64,000 nt of DNA from a virus (Duplodnaviria; Caudoviricetes): positions 1 through 64,000 of IMG/VR virus record IMGVR_UViG_3300033073_000738. The stretch is one strand, 5' to 3'. A program made the position numbers and the translations under genes. Below are positions 56,201-64,000 of this stretch, piece by piece; the stretch's first letter is position 1; every line of letters starts with the position of its first letter. The notes below the pieces were generated by a model, which did not search any database, was not told the origin of the DNA, and worked only from the letters and a program-made list of their open reading frames with translations.

Positions 56201-59200
56201 CAGTTTCTAAAGCACTACTTGGATATCCTTCCCTATAGGCTGTAGCTGAGAGGTCGATGTTAATCTCACCGGTCTCTGGGTCAAAATCACCTACACCTTC
56301 TATTGTATTATCAAACTTGATGGTGTCTGAGTCATTGAACAAAGACATCATATTTCTTGCAAGAAGCTTCTCAGTATCTGTAGCAAAGTCACTGTCAATA
56401 ATAAACTGCAGAGCTTGCTTGATACCAACCTTGTCATCTTTAGCCCCAATAGCTTTCCTAAGGTCTTCCTCGTTTCTTAAATCAGTCGCGTCTTTAGGAC
56501 GAAGACTAAGGAATGCTAACTTATCTATACTTATCCCAGATTCATTGTACACCAGATTGCCACCCATGTCTACAGACGTAGATGAGAAACCGGTTGCAGC
56601 TTTGAATTTAGTCTTGATATCTTTTAACAGCTCCTCAGAAAAGTCTTTCACCTGTGCAATCTGACCGTTGTCTAATACGGGTGTCACTCCAGGATTCTCT
56701 ATAATATCAGCTATTTGGTCAAACGTAAGTTTAACACCGGAGTCTGTATTACCAACCGCACTCTGAGCTTCAATCATTGCTGTAAGCAATATCTTTATAA
56801 GGTTGGTTCCAGTATCAGCATTCCACATTTTTGCTGTAGCCAGCTCTACTATCGGCAACCCAACTTGTGATGTCTTAGCACCTTTTTGTATACTGTCGTA
56901 AATAGAAAGTATCTCGTTTTTGAAAGCATTCAGGTCTTTGCTAGCTTTAGGACCAGACAAAAGCTTTTCAAACATACTCATGGTTGCAGTATCCAGGAAC
57001 TCATCAGCATTCTTTATACCATTTGTTATAGCGTTCTGTTTTCTTTCCTCAATACTTTGAATGATGTTCAATGTATTGGCATCACTCATGTTGCTGTTGA
57101 TCTGCTTTCTGAATTCCTTATACTTACTATATTGTTCGTCACTGATTTCTATGGTCTTATTAAAACCAAACTCATTCAGGATATCATCTACAGTGTTGAT
57201 GGACTTGTCTGCAAGAACGTCTCTTACCTTTTCTTCGGCCACTTTATAGACATCACTTGACTTACCGCCCTCATTTGAGTCTTCATATAGATTCAAAATG
57301 AGTTCCTGTAACTCTTTCTCATTTGCCTTATCTCGTGGGTTTTTTACATATTTCTCAGCAGCCTTGTTAATCTGAAGAGCAAAGATTCTCGACACACCCA
57401 GATTAATCAGCTCACTGGCTGTACTAAGTTGATTACGACTATACTTTTTAAGGTCATCATCACCAATGGTACCACTCGCAATCATGTTATCTATTGCCTC
57501 AGACTGACCAAAAGTTGCATCAACATCAATAGGTACCTTTCTGTTTCGTTTGTTTACAGTGGTGCTAAAGTCCCTTTTGATCTCTGTGGCTAATACAAAT
57601 TCTCCACGGAGGCTATTCAAATCAGCAGCTTTCTGTTTGAAATTCTCAAGCCTTGTCTTGATAATCTCTATATATCTTTCCCTGTCTTTGATGTATTGGT
57701 CTAACAAAGGACTACCGCTGCCAGCTACACTGGTCATGCGTTTTTTCAGTTCATCAACCCTTTTGTCAATAGCTTTACGATATGCGCTCTCAAAATAAGC
57801 TATCACCTCATCTTTAAACGAAGGGTCAAGCTCCATGTCCAATACTTCAAATATCTTCTCAACAGCGTCAGTAATTAACAAGTTGGGCTTGTTGAATACG
57901 CTGTCGATAAACAACTTGATCTTCTTTGCATCCTTTGATATCTCCCTTCTCTCTAGTTCTTTGACGGCTTTACTTAACTTCTCTTTTAATGGCACTTTAT
58001 ATTTAGACTGCACACCTGGCTCAAGCTGATTGATTAACAGTTGCATCTTAAGCCACAAAGCTTCTACAGCTTTTCTTGTCGCATCAGGAGAAGAAAGCAA
58101 AGCATTCATCTCACTTATCAGATCGTTATACTGATTGACAAATTCACGTGAGGTTTCAGAAAGTGGTTTGCTTTCGTTACCACCTTGCTGGTTCTTTTTG
58201 TTACGTTCTGTCAACTTGTTGACTATCTCATCAGCTTGTTTATCATCTATCTGACCACTGAGAATACCTTCCTCAAGCTTCTTCTCTATATCTGATTGAG
58301 GGACACCATCAGCAATATCCTTAAGAATACTCTGAAAGAAGTTGACTTTAGAACCTCCACCGCTTTGTCCTCGTTGATTACCACCCGGACTACTACCAGG
58401 TTGTTTACCATCTAGATCAGCTAATTCTGCATCATACAAAACTTCCCCTTTTTTAGCAAGAATTTTTCCAGTTCCATATTCTTTTACCTCATCTTGAGAA
58501 ATAACTTGTTTTATAATATCAATACTAACATATCCTTCAGGAGTTAGTACTTCATTACTCATTAATGTTTCAATTCTAGTAGTAGTTTTACTACCATCAA
58601 TTAAAACAATTATGGGATTTACAGCCTTTTGAAGAGCAGCTCTAATTAATGATCTCCTTCTTTCTATATCAGACAATGGTGTAGTTGCTGTAGATTGTTT
58701 ACCATCAAATGCAGCTAACTTTGCATCAATTTCATTCTTAATTTTATCAGCAAGAATCTGACTATAAGACTTGTTTTTACCATTGATTACTTCATCTTTT
58801 CCAATTGAAGAATCTAATAGCTTATCTCCATAGAATTCTTTAGCTACTTCTAAAGCTAATTTTGCATCAGCTTCAGTATAACCATGCATCACAACCTGGT
58901 CACTTAATGCAGGACCTTGAGCTTCCAGATCTTGAAATATCTTAACTCCCCCATTATAACCCCTCTCTTGAAGTTTCACCATAAATTCTTTAAGAACTTC
59001 TGGCGAAAAATCATTCAGGTCTTTTAGAGAAAAATAGCTTTTATGCGTAACGCTATCATTATCATTTGTACCGTTGTTAATAGAGAAGAACAACCAAGAA
59101 TTTGAATCCTTTGTGCCGGATAAGAGTCTTACATTTTTAGCAAGATATCTTTCTACTTGTGGTTTGTCCACAATAGACATCATTGCATTATAAAAACTAT

Positions 59201-62200
59201 CAAATGCTTTCTTAGACTCCTCTGACAAAGAAGCTCTGTCAGCCTTCATCATCTCTGTTATCTCTTGAACACTTGTAGCGTTTCTATGTTTTACATTAGC
59301 TCTTAATTGACTATCATCTATTTTTAGATAGTTCTTTATTGCATAATCTGCATACTCTTCCCTTGATAGCTTGGATAAATCAACACCTTCTTTCTTGGCT
59401 ATTGCAGCAAGTTCATAAGAAGCACTCCACCCTGTTAACTTTCTCCTTTTCTCTATTTCTGCTTTGAATGCAGGGTCATTCTCATTAATTATACTTGAGC
59501 TTGTAGGTTGTTCTTCTTCATCATTCTTCTCAGTTGTTTCTTCTGTCTTCTCTTCTGTTTTCTCTTCTTCTTCTTTGCCTACAACAGGCTCACCAAACTC
59601 TGCTTCATACAGCTGGTCCAGAATGTTATATATCAAATCTGTATCTTGGGCTACAGAAGCATCTTCCAACTCTTTGATAAGAGCACTGTGCTTGAAACGA
59701 AAATCAATATCGTTAAGAATAAGAGGCCAAAGTTTGTCATAGTTACTATTCTTCTCTTCCCTGTGTTTGAGCAATTTCTGATAAGCTTCTCCCATCAGTT
59801 TTGAATGTTCTAGATGAAGATTCAAAAAGTTCTCTGGGTCAGCCAGGTAATTAAGATTCTTAATAGTAGTGCGCTGGTCTTTGTCCAGTCTATACAAATC
59901 ACTCAGATCATTAAAAGCATCACGTAACTTATCTGCTTCCAAAGGCGGCAACAAAGCTTGCTCTTGGAACATATTCAGATAGTCAACAAATACTTTAGAT
60001 GGTGTAGCCGGTGCAGATATTTGACCAGGTTCTATTTTTGTAGAAAGCTCTGCCCTCCATTTAGTTAATAGTTCCTGACGTTTCTTGTAGCTCTTGAGTT
60101 GATCACGCTGTTCAGGCGAGAGAACATCAGCACTACTCAACATTCTAATATTATCCTTAATGAGATTGAGCTCTCTCACTACAAACTCATCGTTTGTAAG
60201 AGTGTAGAAAGCAGGGTAAGACTGTGCACCTAAGTTCTCCTGGTTCTTAGAAAGAATATCCTTATAACGAGTGACAATGTCTTTGTGTGTATCCCGCATG
60301 AACACATAGTCTTCAAGAGCTTTGTTCCATGACAGATAACCAAACTCAGCTTTAATTCTCTCGTTAGTACCCTCTTTATATTGCTTGTAGTTATAAGGGT
60401 TGGGCATTCTACGAGATACATCATCTAGCTCCTTTACAAAATCTTTAGCTTTTGTTTTAAGAGAAGATACATAGTCAGCTGAAGCTTTTCTACCTAAACT
60501 ATCTGCCTCAAATCCGTATGCTTCTTTAAACTCTTCATCAGTGAGATCTTTAGAAGACTGTTCCAACATGTCTAACATTGCATCAAGCTTACCGGCTTTA
60601 TGTGCAGTCATGACAAACTCTTGGAAAGCTTTGCGTTCAAGATTCTTAAAAGCATATGGATTACGTTCCATAGCTGCTCTCTTGAAACCTTCTGCTATCT
60701 CATTCTGATTTACGTATCCTTCAAGATTCCTATTGAATACTTGCATAGGACTATTAGCCCACTTGTTCAAAGAGTTAACAGTCTCCTGTAGCTTTTGCTC
60801 ACGAGCTGCGTATTCTTTAGAATATATCTTTCTTTGGGCTAACCCAATACCTCTGTTCATCACTACAGAAGGAACACCAATGATAAATCCAGAAACGAAT
60901 GTATCTAATCCTTCTAGACTCATTTGCTTACCCAAAGCTTTGCTCATAGCTTTACGGGATATACCCATCAAGTGACCCCAGTCATTACGAGCTTCTTCTG
61001 TAAGTGTAGCTTTCTGTTCGTAATAGCTTTGCCAATAGTCATGAGAAATACCCTGGGCATTTTCTTGAATACCCTCCCATGCAGAGTCTGCACCCCAACG
61101 GAACATATTGTTACCCTTGCCTTTGAACCATTCTGCAGAAAACATCTTTACTTCAGATGCTTTCATAAATGGATCTTTGACCATTTTACTTCCGGCTTGT
61201 GCAGCCATTTTCTCTGTTTCTTTAGCAGCTTTCTTTTTAAAATACTTTGTCAACAGACTTTCTCCTGAAGACTTAGCAGAACGCATTATGATGTCATCTG
61301 CAATTGTACCTGCCTCTGCAGCTATTGCTTTAGACAGACCAAACCCGGAACGCAAAACGTTCCCCATGTTCAAACGATTCATTGCCAATAGAAGAGCAAC
61401 GTTTGTAATACCGTTTGCATTGGAAACTTTCAGAGCATCTTCTTCTACAGCTTTACGCTCATCATCGTTCATATCTCTACCGTACTTCTCAAAGAACTCA
61501 AGCTCTTTGCCTTCTACATAGTCGGCATAACTTTGGGCACGTTCAAAACGAGCTTCAGATGCAGCAAAGTTGTATTCTTTAGTAGCCTTATAGAAATTGC
61601 CAAATGCTTTAATAGGACTTGTCTTACGCAGGTCGTTAAAAGTGTTGAACATCTTGGCAATCTTACTACTATCCAAATAAGCATTCTCAAACTTCATGAT
61701 GTTCTTGAACGCTTTGTTCATTGTATACAGCTTCTCTAACGTGCCGGCAGTCTTTACAGCGCGTCGTGTGAGATTACCTATCTCTGCAAGAATAGATCCA
61801 CCTACAGTACCTGGTGCTGTCAGTGCAGTGACTGCAGTCTCAAGAGCTGTTTGCTCTAAGAACTGAGCAGTTGTACCCAGGGTAAAACCAAATTGTTGTA
61901 AACCTCTAGAGAACTTACCCATGTTAAAAGACCCCTCACGTTGCTCTTGAGTAAGAGGAACATAGTGGCTATTATTCACCTCATTAGATAACTCATTGAG
62001 TTTCAATAAGTCATCTTTATCCATGGTGAGTGATAGAGCTTTATTAAGATCACCTTGTACTAACCCGGCCCACATATCAGCTTCTGACTTCCAGGCTTCG
62101 TTGTGTGCTATACCAGCTAGAGGGAGAATACCTTTTATACCTTGCCACAATTGACCAGACTTACCCAGTTCACGGGCATAGAGATCCTCGTTATCCCTAT

Positions 62201-62525
62201 AAGGAATAAAACCTTCTGTTCTATACAGTGTGTCTTTGAAACTGTTATAGAGAGGGTCGAAGCCCGACTCTCTTGCATTAAACTTAATAGGAGTAAAAGC
62301 TTGTACTTCAGCTCGATTAGTAGGCACTTTAGAAAGCTGTCCCCTGATATAACTATCATAGTTAAAACTTCCACCTCCAGTTGCATTACCTGTTAGACCT
62401 GAAGAATAGCTGTTGAAGTCCACCTGAGGCATAGGCTCAGCTGGTATATAAGAAGGTAGCTGTTCAGGTGTCTGTATTTCCCCAGGTGCGTAAACGTTTT
62501 CTTGGGTGAGAATAGGGTCGGCCAT
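53289..62525 (-). CDS. Giant virion (ejected cargo) protein with zincin metalloprotease domain
   Basis: 3078 aa. ILHELIH (56178-56198)...EFVTEAFTNP.FQ; N-terminal EG.QE..Q and GxxxG-type segments. Confidence 0.8.
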   Translation of the reverse strand: MADPILTQENVYAPGEIQTPEQLPSYIPAEPMPQVDFNSYSSGLTGNATGGGSFNYDSYIRGQLSKVPTNRAEVQAFTPIKFNARESGFDPLYNSFKDTLYRTEGFIPYRDNEDLYARELGKSGQLWQGIKGILPLAGIAHNEAWKSEADMWAGLVQGDLNKALSLTMDKDDLLKLNELSNEVNNSHYVPLTQEQREGSFNMGKFSRGLQQFGFTLGTTAQFLEQTALETAVTALTAPGTVGGSILAEIGNLTRRAVKTAGTLEKLYTMNKAFKNIMKFENAYLDSSKIAKMFNTFNDLRKTSPIKAFGNFYKATKEYNFAASEARFERAQSYADYVEGKELEFFEKYGRDMNDDERKAVEEDALKVSNANGITNVALLLAMNRLNMGNVLRSGFGLSKAIAAEAGTIADDIIMRSAKSSGESLLTKYFKKKAAKETEKMAAQAGSKMVKDPFMKASEVKMFSAEWFKGKGNNMFRWGADSAWEGIQENAQGISHDYWQSYYEQKATLTEEARNDWGHLMGISRKAMSKALGKQMSLEGLDTFVSGFIIGVPSVVMNRGIGLAQRKIYSKEYAAREQKLQETVNSLNKWANSPMQVFNRNLEGYVNQNEIAEGFKRAAMERNPYAFKNLERKAFQEFVMTAHKAGKLDAMLDMLEQSSKDLTDEEFKEAYGFEADSLGRKASADYVSSLKTKAKDFVKELDDVSRRMPNPYNYKQYKEGTNERIKAEFGYLSWNKALEDYVFMRDTHKDIVTRYKDILSKNQENLGAQSYPAFYTLTNDEFVVRELNLIKDNIRMLSSADVLSPEQRDQLKSYKKRQELLTKWRAELSTKIEPGQISAPATPSKVFVDYLNMFQEQALLPPLEADKLRDAFNDLSDLYRLDKDQRTTIKNLNYLADPENFLNLHLEHSKLMGEAYQKLLKHREEKNSNYDKLWPLILNDIDFRFKHSALIKELEDASVAQDTDLIYNILDQLYEAEFGEPVVGKEEEEKTEEKTEETTEKNDEEEQPTSSSIINENDPAFKAEIEKRRKLTGWSASYELAAIAKKEGVDLSKLSREEYADYAIKNYLKIDDSQLRANVKHRNATSVQEITEMMKADRASLSEESKKAFDSFYNAMMSIVDKPQVERYLAKNVRLLSGTKDSNSWLFFSINNGTNDNDSVTHKSYFSLKDLNDFSPEVLKEFMVKLQERGYNGGVKIFQDLEAQGPALSDQVVMHGYTEADAKLALEVAKEFYGDKLLDSSIGKDEVINGKNKSYSQILADKIKNEIDAKLAAFDGKQSTATTPLSDIERRRSLIRAALQKAVNPIIVLIDGSKTTTRIETLMSNEVLTPEGYVSIDIIKQVISQDEVKEYGTGKILAKKGEVLYDAELADLDGKQPGSSPGGNQRGQSGGGSKVNFFQSILKDIADGVPQSDIEKKLEEGILSGQIDDKQADEIVNKLTERNKKNQQGGNESKPLSETSREFVNQYNDLISEMNALLSSPDATRKAVEALWLKMQLLINQLEPGVQSKYKVPLKEKLSKAVKELERREISKDAKKIKLFIDSVFNKPNLLITDAVEKIFEVLDMELDPSFKDEVIAYFESAYRKAIDKRVDELKKRMTSVAGSGSPLLDQYIKDRERYIEIIKTRLENFKQKAADLNSLRGEFVLATEIKRDFSTTVNKRNRKVPIDVDATFGQSEAIDNMIASGTIGDDDLKKYSRNQLSTASELINLGVSRIFALQINKAAEKYVKNPRDKANEKELQELILNLYEDSNEGGKSSDVYKVAEEKVRDVLADKSINTVDDILNEFGFNKTIEISDEQYSKYKEFRKQINSNMSDANTLNIIQSIEERKQNAITNGIKNADEFLDTATMSMFEKLLSGPKASKDLNAFKNEILSIYDSIQKGAKTSQVGLPIVELATAKMWNADTGTNLIKILLTAMIEAQSAVGNTDSGVKLTFDQIADIIENPGVTPVLDNGQIAQVKDFSEELLKDIKTKFKAATGFSSTSVDMGGNLVYNESGISIDKLAFLSLRPKDATDLRNEEDLRKAIGAKDDKVGIKQALQFIIDSDFATDTEKLLARNMMSLFNDSDTIKFDNTIEGVGDFDPETGEINIDLSATAYREGYPSSALETVILHELIHKQIETAIADPKSEYTRALRSVYNAVKNSELAGHFYAFNSDLSPDEQLREFVTEAFTNPAFQYLLAKIPYANSKKTTWQVFMDFIKKLLEKLGVMTDETALSEVLNLTSEILNTSSGEMLEKIGLAKSLTDLDQLRKQFKKLYSKDAISESEYDTLSSAITANKRRFRIEEYKNKLKHAFSVEVEGRTYYYVTDATGMSKFEIYTLGRNNPRRVRSQARVEAVLTKLAEKNGYIPLIEDTVAEYIRELMGPLDENGTYASGNMSDVMEGYSMFPSMYSLEENAFQVTPDFKLPSLGFRSVDEFNSFEKEYTAAKKLSKMGFSRVFGELRTRYPAVAVENYGEVYSAIGDVKQIRKLIKVGALSVTKGSNNLKELIYDTNNEVMDFLQWVDRGGLFDKSKLEATEQKINAALKDYFGIPISKELQKKIEFEFKVPSEEEKESGIPVVKASSTFKDEVASGSMKPLDYMLVLRTPLASDKSAQNENPFRSTSNDLYYDVETGEPVESNYFTSYYHKVRDIINKLHIKPVESLKDYRVTITKNNSMLRWDGSDSTMYDLEYSSDVIGYISDKDGNPIIFNKEGEQVGVIDKNNLQDSKGLRESGENQIVYFNMLNEFSNAVVENKLDPNAKEAYDKMVSEVKDGRTKIARLNRITAGVMNLKDVSLLNATSSPNTLTSPELRRQLSQDHVDIVINKESGELNALIKDASGAINRRGLLPPFSRNARVELNDQEIAFVPYTFAIIRTFLERNLEKKIPAESGIYNNLRMFVQNIWLTGDKYNLRISNNLQDVTIIENKERVTYNIFTLDKNSKKVIVDENNLKKVMNYIGRLPINIYSQWFNGVVPFMFPVLDQQDGVKKVTFVQKNFKDFLINEVGLKVTFQDIPDVNNLKRYNSIVEFVSPKDLNYKAPAPITEQEVVDDPNSIKNKTDEVSKDSKNAAPINIPNPPKKKKFFAPKLNTIYTKVC
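58404..59465 (-). repeat. Linker repeats flanking inserted modules in the 3078-aa protein
   Basis: EIEKRR / DIERRR and IDAKLAAFDGKQ / YDAELADLDGKQ, with similar DNA at about 58404-58437 and 58698-58730. Confidence 0.65.
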
Positions 62526-62534
62526 GAAATTAAA

Positions 62535-64000
62535 TTAGTTGATGTTAATACCTTGCTTTTTCAGCTGTTCCTTCATACGTACTATAGAAGTCATAGCTTC
62601 TGGGTTAGCCTGTACGTTAGCTTTGCGAGTCTGCTGATTCATCTCACTTACATGATATAGACTTCCATACATTACACGTAAGAGCTCATCTACATCTGTG
62701 CTTTCATCATGGTTTGTAATAGTAGTCGGTGTCTTTACAAACTCTTTAGTTTTAGGATCAAGTGTATAAACATAACTGGACACCTGGAATCCACCACCAG
62801 CAGGTAAGTGTTTAATACTGAACTTACCCATCTTTAAATTATCCAAATAGTCAGGGCTCGAATAAGGAGCATCTCTAACCAATGTAGCAATAGGACTAAG
62901 TCCTGTAAAAATATCACCAGGCTGCATACCAGGAGGTGCAGCCACTTTAAAAGTCTTCATGAATTTATCTACTGCAGCGTTCATATCTACATCTTCGTTA
63001 AGCTTGTCCAAACTTAAACCAAGAGATTCAGCAATAGTCTTTTTGTCAATAACAGGTTTATAAACAGGTCTACCGGCTTCTGTGTCGTAAGCATAAACGT
63101 CCAATGAGAAACCATCTTTCTTTGAAGACATGTTAGGAAGATTACTTGCAACAGAACGCACAACTTTCATGAAACTACTGTCTTCTTTTAGATCAGCTTG
63201 ACTGACTCCATAGAATGAATTGTATCTGTTATTAAAATTGTCATCGCTAAACAACTGTGCCATAGCTACCTCAGCAGGTTCTGACAGACTTTTCTCGTTT
63301 CTTGCTGTATACCTTACAACACCATAGTTGAACATGTCATTTTTACGTTGAAAGTCAGGTGTGCTAAACTGCAAAGAAGGAGCCAGTCGTTCAAAGTCTT
63401 TATTATAATCTGCTCTCAATTCCTCAAGCTTTTGAAGCATTGGTTGGTTAATCATCTGACTCACCTCATTAACCTTACCATCTTTCAAACTAGTCATTAG
63501 GTTTGGTGAAGAAGAAAGGTGATTATATATCTTACCGTTTATATTGATTGTACTTGTGTATGTTCTTCCTGTTGTTCCAGAACCCAGAACATAAACACCA
63601 TTATCTGACTCAGTATTGATAGACCTTCTATTAAGAAGAATGTCAGAAACTTTTACGTTCTCCATTTGTCCATCTTGATTCCTCATAGGGATAGTAATTT
63701 CCCCCACTAACTCATCTGCAGTGCCGATACGCAAATGACCATTTTCATTTACAGTATACCCTTTATACTTGTCCTGAGCTAAGATCTTCTCATCTACTTT
63801 TTTGGCATCAGCTTGCAGACCTCTGTATATATCGCCCATTGCGATTAGATTCTTAATATCTTCTGTCATACCACCCATGGCTTGTACATCAGCTTTATGC
63901 TCCTCAGTGGCCATGTAGTCAACAGTATTCTTCTTAATAAAATCCAATACTTCTTTGTATGTCCAGTTATAGGTTCTACCTGGTTCCAGTTTTAACTGAC
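62535..64000 (-). CDS. Virion-associated protein, N-terminus outside the window
   Basis: Frame stays open from 63947 to the window end; same strand and block as the giant genes. Confidence 0.7.
   Translation of the reverse strand, partial: QLKLEPGRTYNWTYKEVLDFIKKNTVDYMATEEHKADVQAMGGMTEDIKNLIAMGDIYRGLQADAKKVDEKILAQDKYKGYTVNENGHLRIGTADELVGEITIPMRNQDGQMENVKVSDILLNRRSINTESDNGVYVLGSGTTGRTYTSTININGKIYNHLSSSPNLMTSLKDGKVNEVSQMINQPMLQKLEELRADYNKDFERLAPSLQFSTPDFQRKNDMFNYGVVRYTARNEKSLSEPAEVAMAQLFSDDNFNNRYNSFYGVSQADLKEDSSFMKVVRSVASNLPNMSSKKDGFSLDVYAYDTEAGRPVYKPVIDKKTIAESLGLSLDKLNEDVDMNAAVDKFMKTFKVAAPPGMQPGDIFTGLSPIATLVRDAPYSSPDYLDNLKMGKFSIKHLPAGGGFQVSSYVYTLDPKTKEFVKTPTTITNHDESTDVDELLRVMYGSLYHVSEMNQQTRKANVQANPEAMTSIVRMKEQLKKQGININ

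Noticed and set aside
37675-62396. Many plus-strand ORFs opposite the giant genes, and minus-strand ORFs opposite the early genes
   Set aside because: Shadow ORFs with Ser/Leu/Phe-rich composition and no motifs, fully overlapping real genes.
1-64000. Stop-codon reassignment, as in some crAss-like phages
   Set aside because: Standard-code ORFs tile the window, including 6.7-9.2 kb genes. TAG and TGA end genes at sensible places and no suppressor tRNA is evident.
1-64000. Diversity-generating retroelement, retron, introns or inteins
   Set aside because: No reverse transcriptase motifs, no TR/VR pair with A-specific mismatches noticed, and PolB, DnaB, primase and RNAP are uninterrupted.

Overview
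64 kb of a crAss-like (Crassvirales-type) dsDNA phage genome in the standard genetic code, probably infecting a Bacteroidota host (TAnnTTTG promoter boxes, typical small gene families). All assignments come from motifs read by eye; no database searches were run. (1) 1-750: ORF-free structured RNA cluster, with a large pseudoknotted ncRNA candidate and three tRNA-shaped elements that all have abnormal anticodon arms. (2) 812-13300: small accessory genes, including a modular MKLYTEEQV/TPIELPSDEE paralog array, a spore photoproduct lyase-like radical SAM enzyme and an AAA ATPase. (3) 13297-37608: replication and nucleotide metabolism (SF2 helicase, UDG, MoxR+vWA, DnaA domain IV-like protein, DnaB, AAA_24, SSB-like protein, primase, HNH nucleases, PD-(D/E)xK exonuclease, PolB, dNMP kinase, HAD, dCTP deaminase, cREC-like receiver), interrupted by a minus-strand lysis island with a GH19 endolysin. 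(4) 37664-64000, minus strand: three giant virion proteins plus a truncated fourth gene. The middle giant is a virion RNA polymerase (DFDID) with a C-terminal chain of ASCH-, macro-, SLOG-like, ART-like and RNase H domains. Best leads: the anticodon-remodelled tRNA mimics and ncRNA, the repeat-delimited gene array, the RNAP effector tail, and terminal cysteines that could link the giant proteins head to tail.
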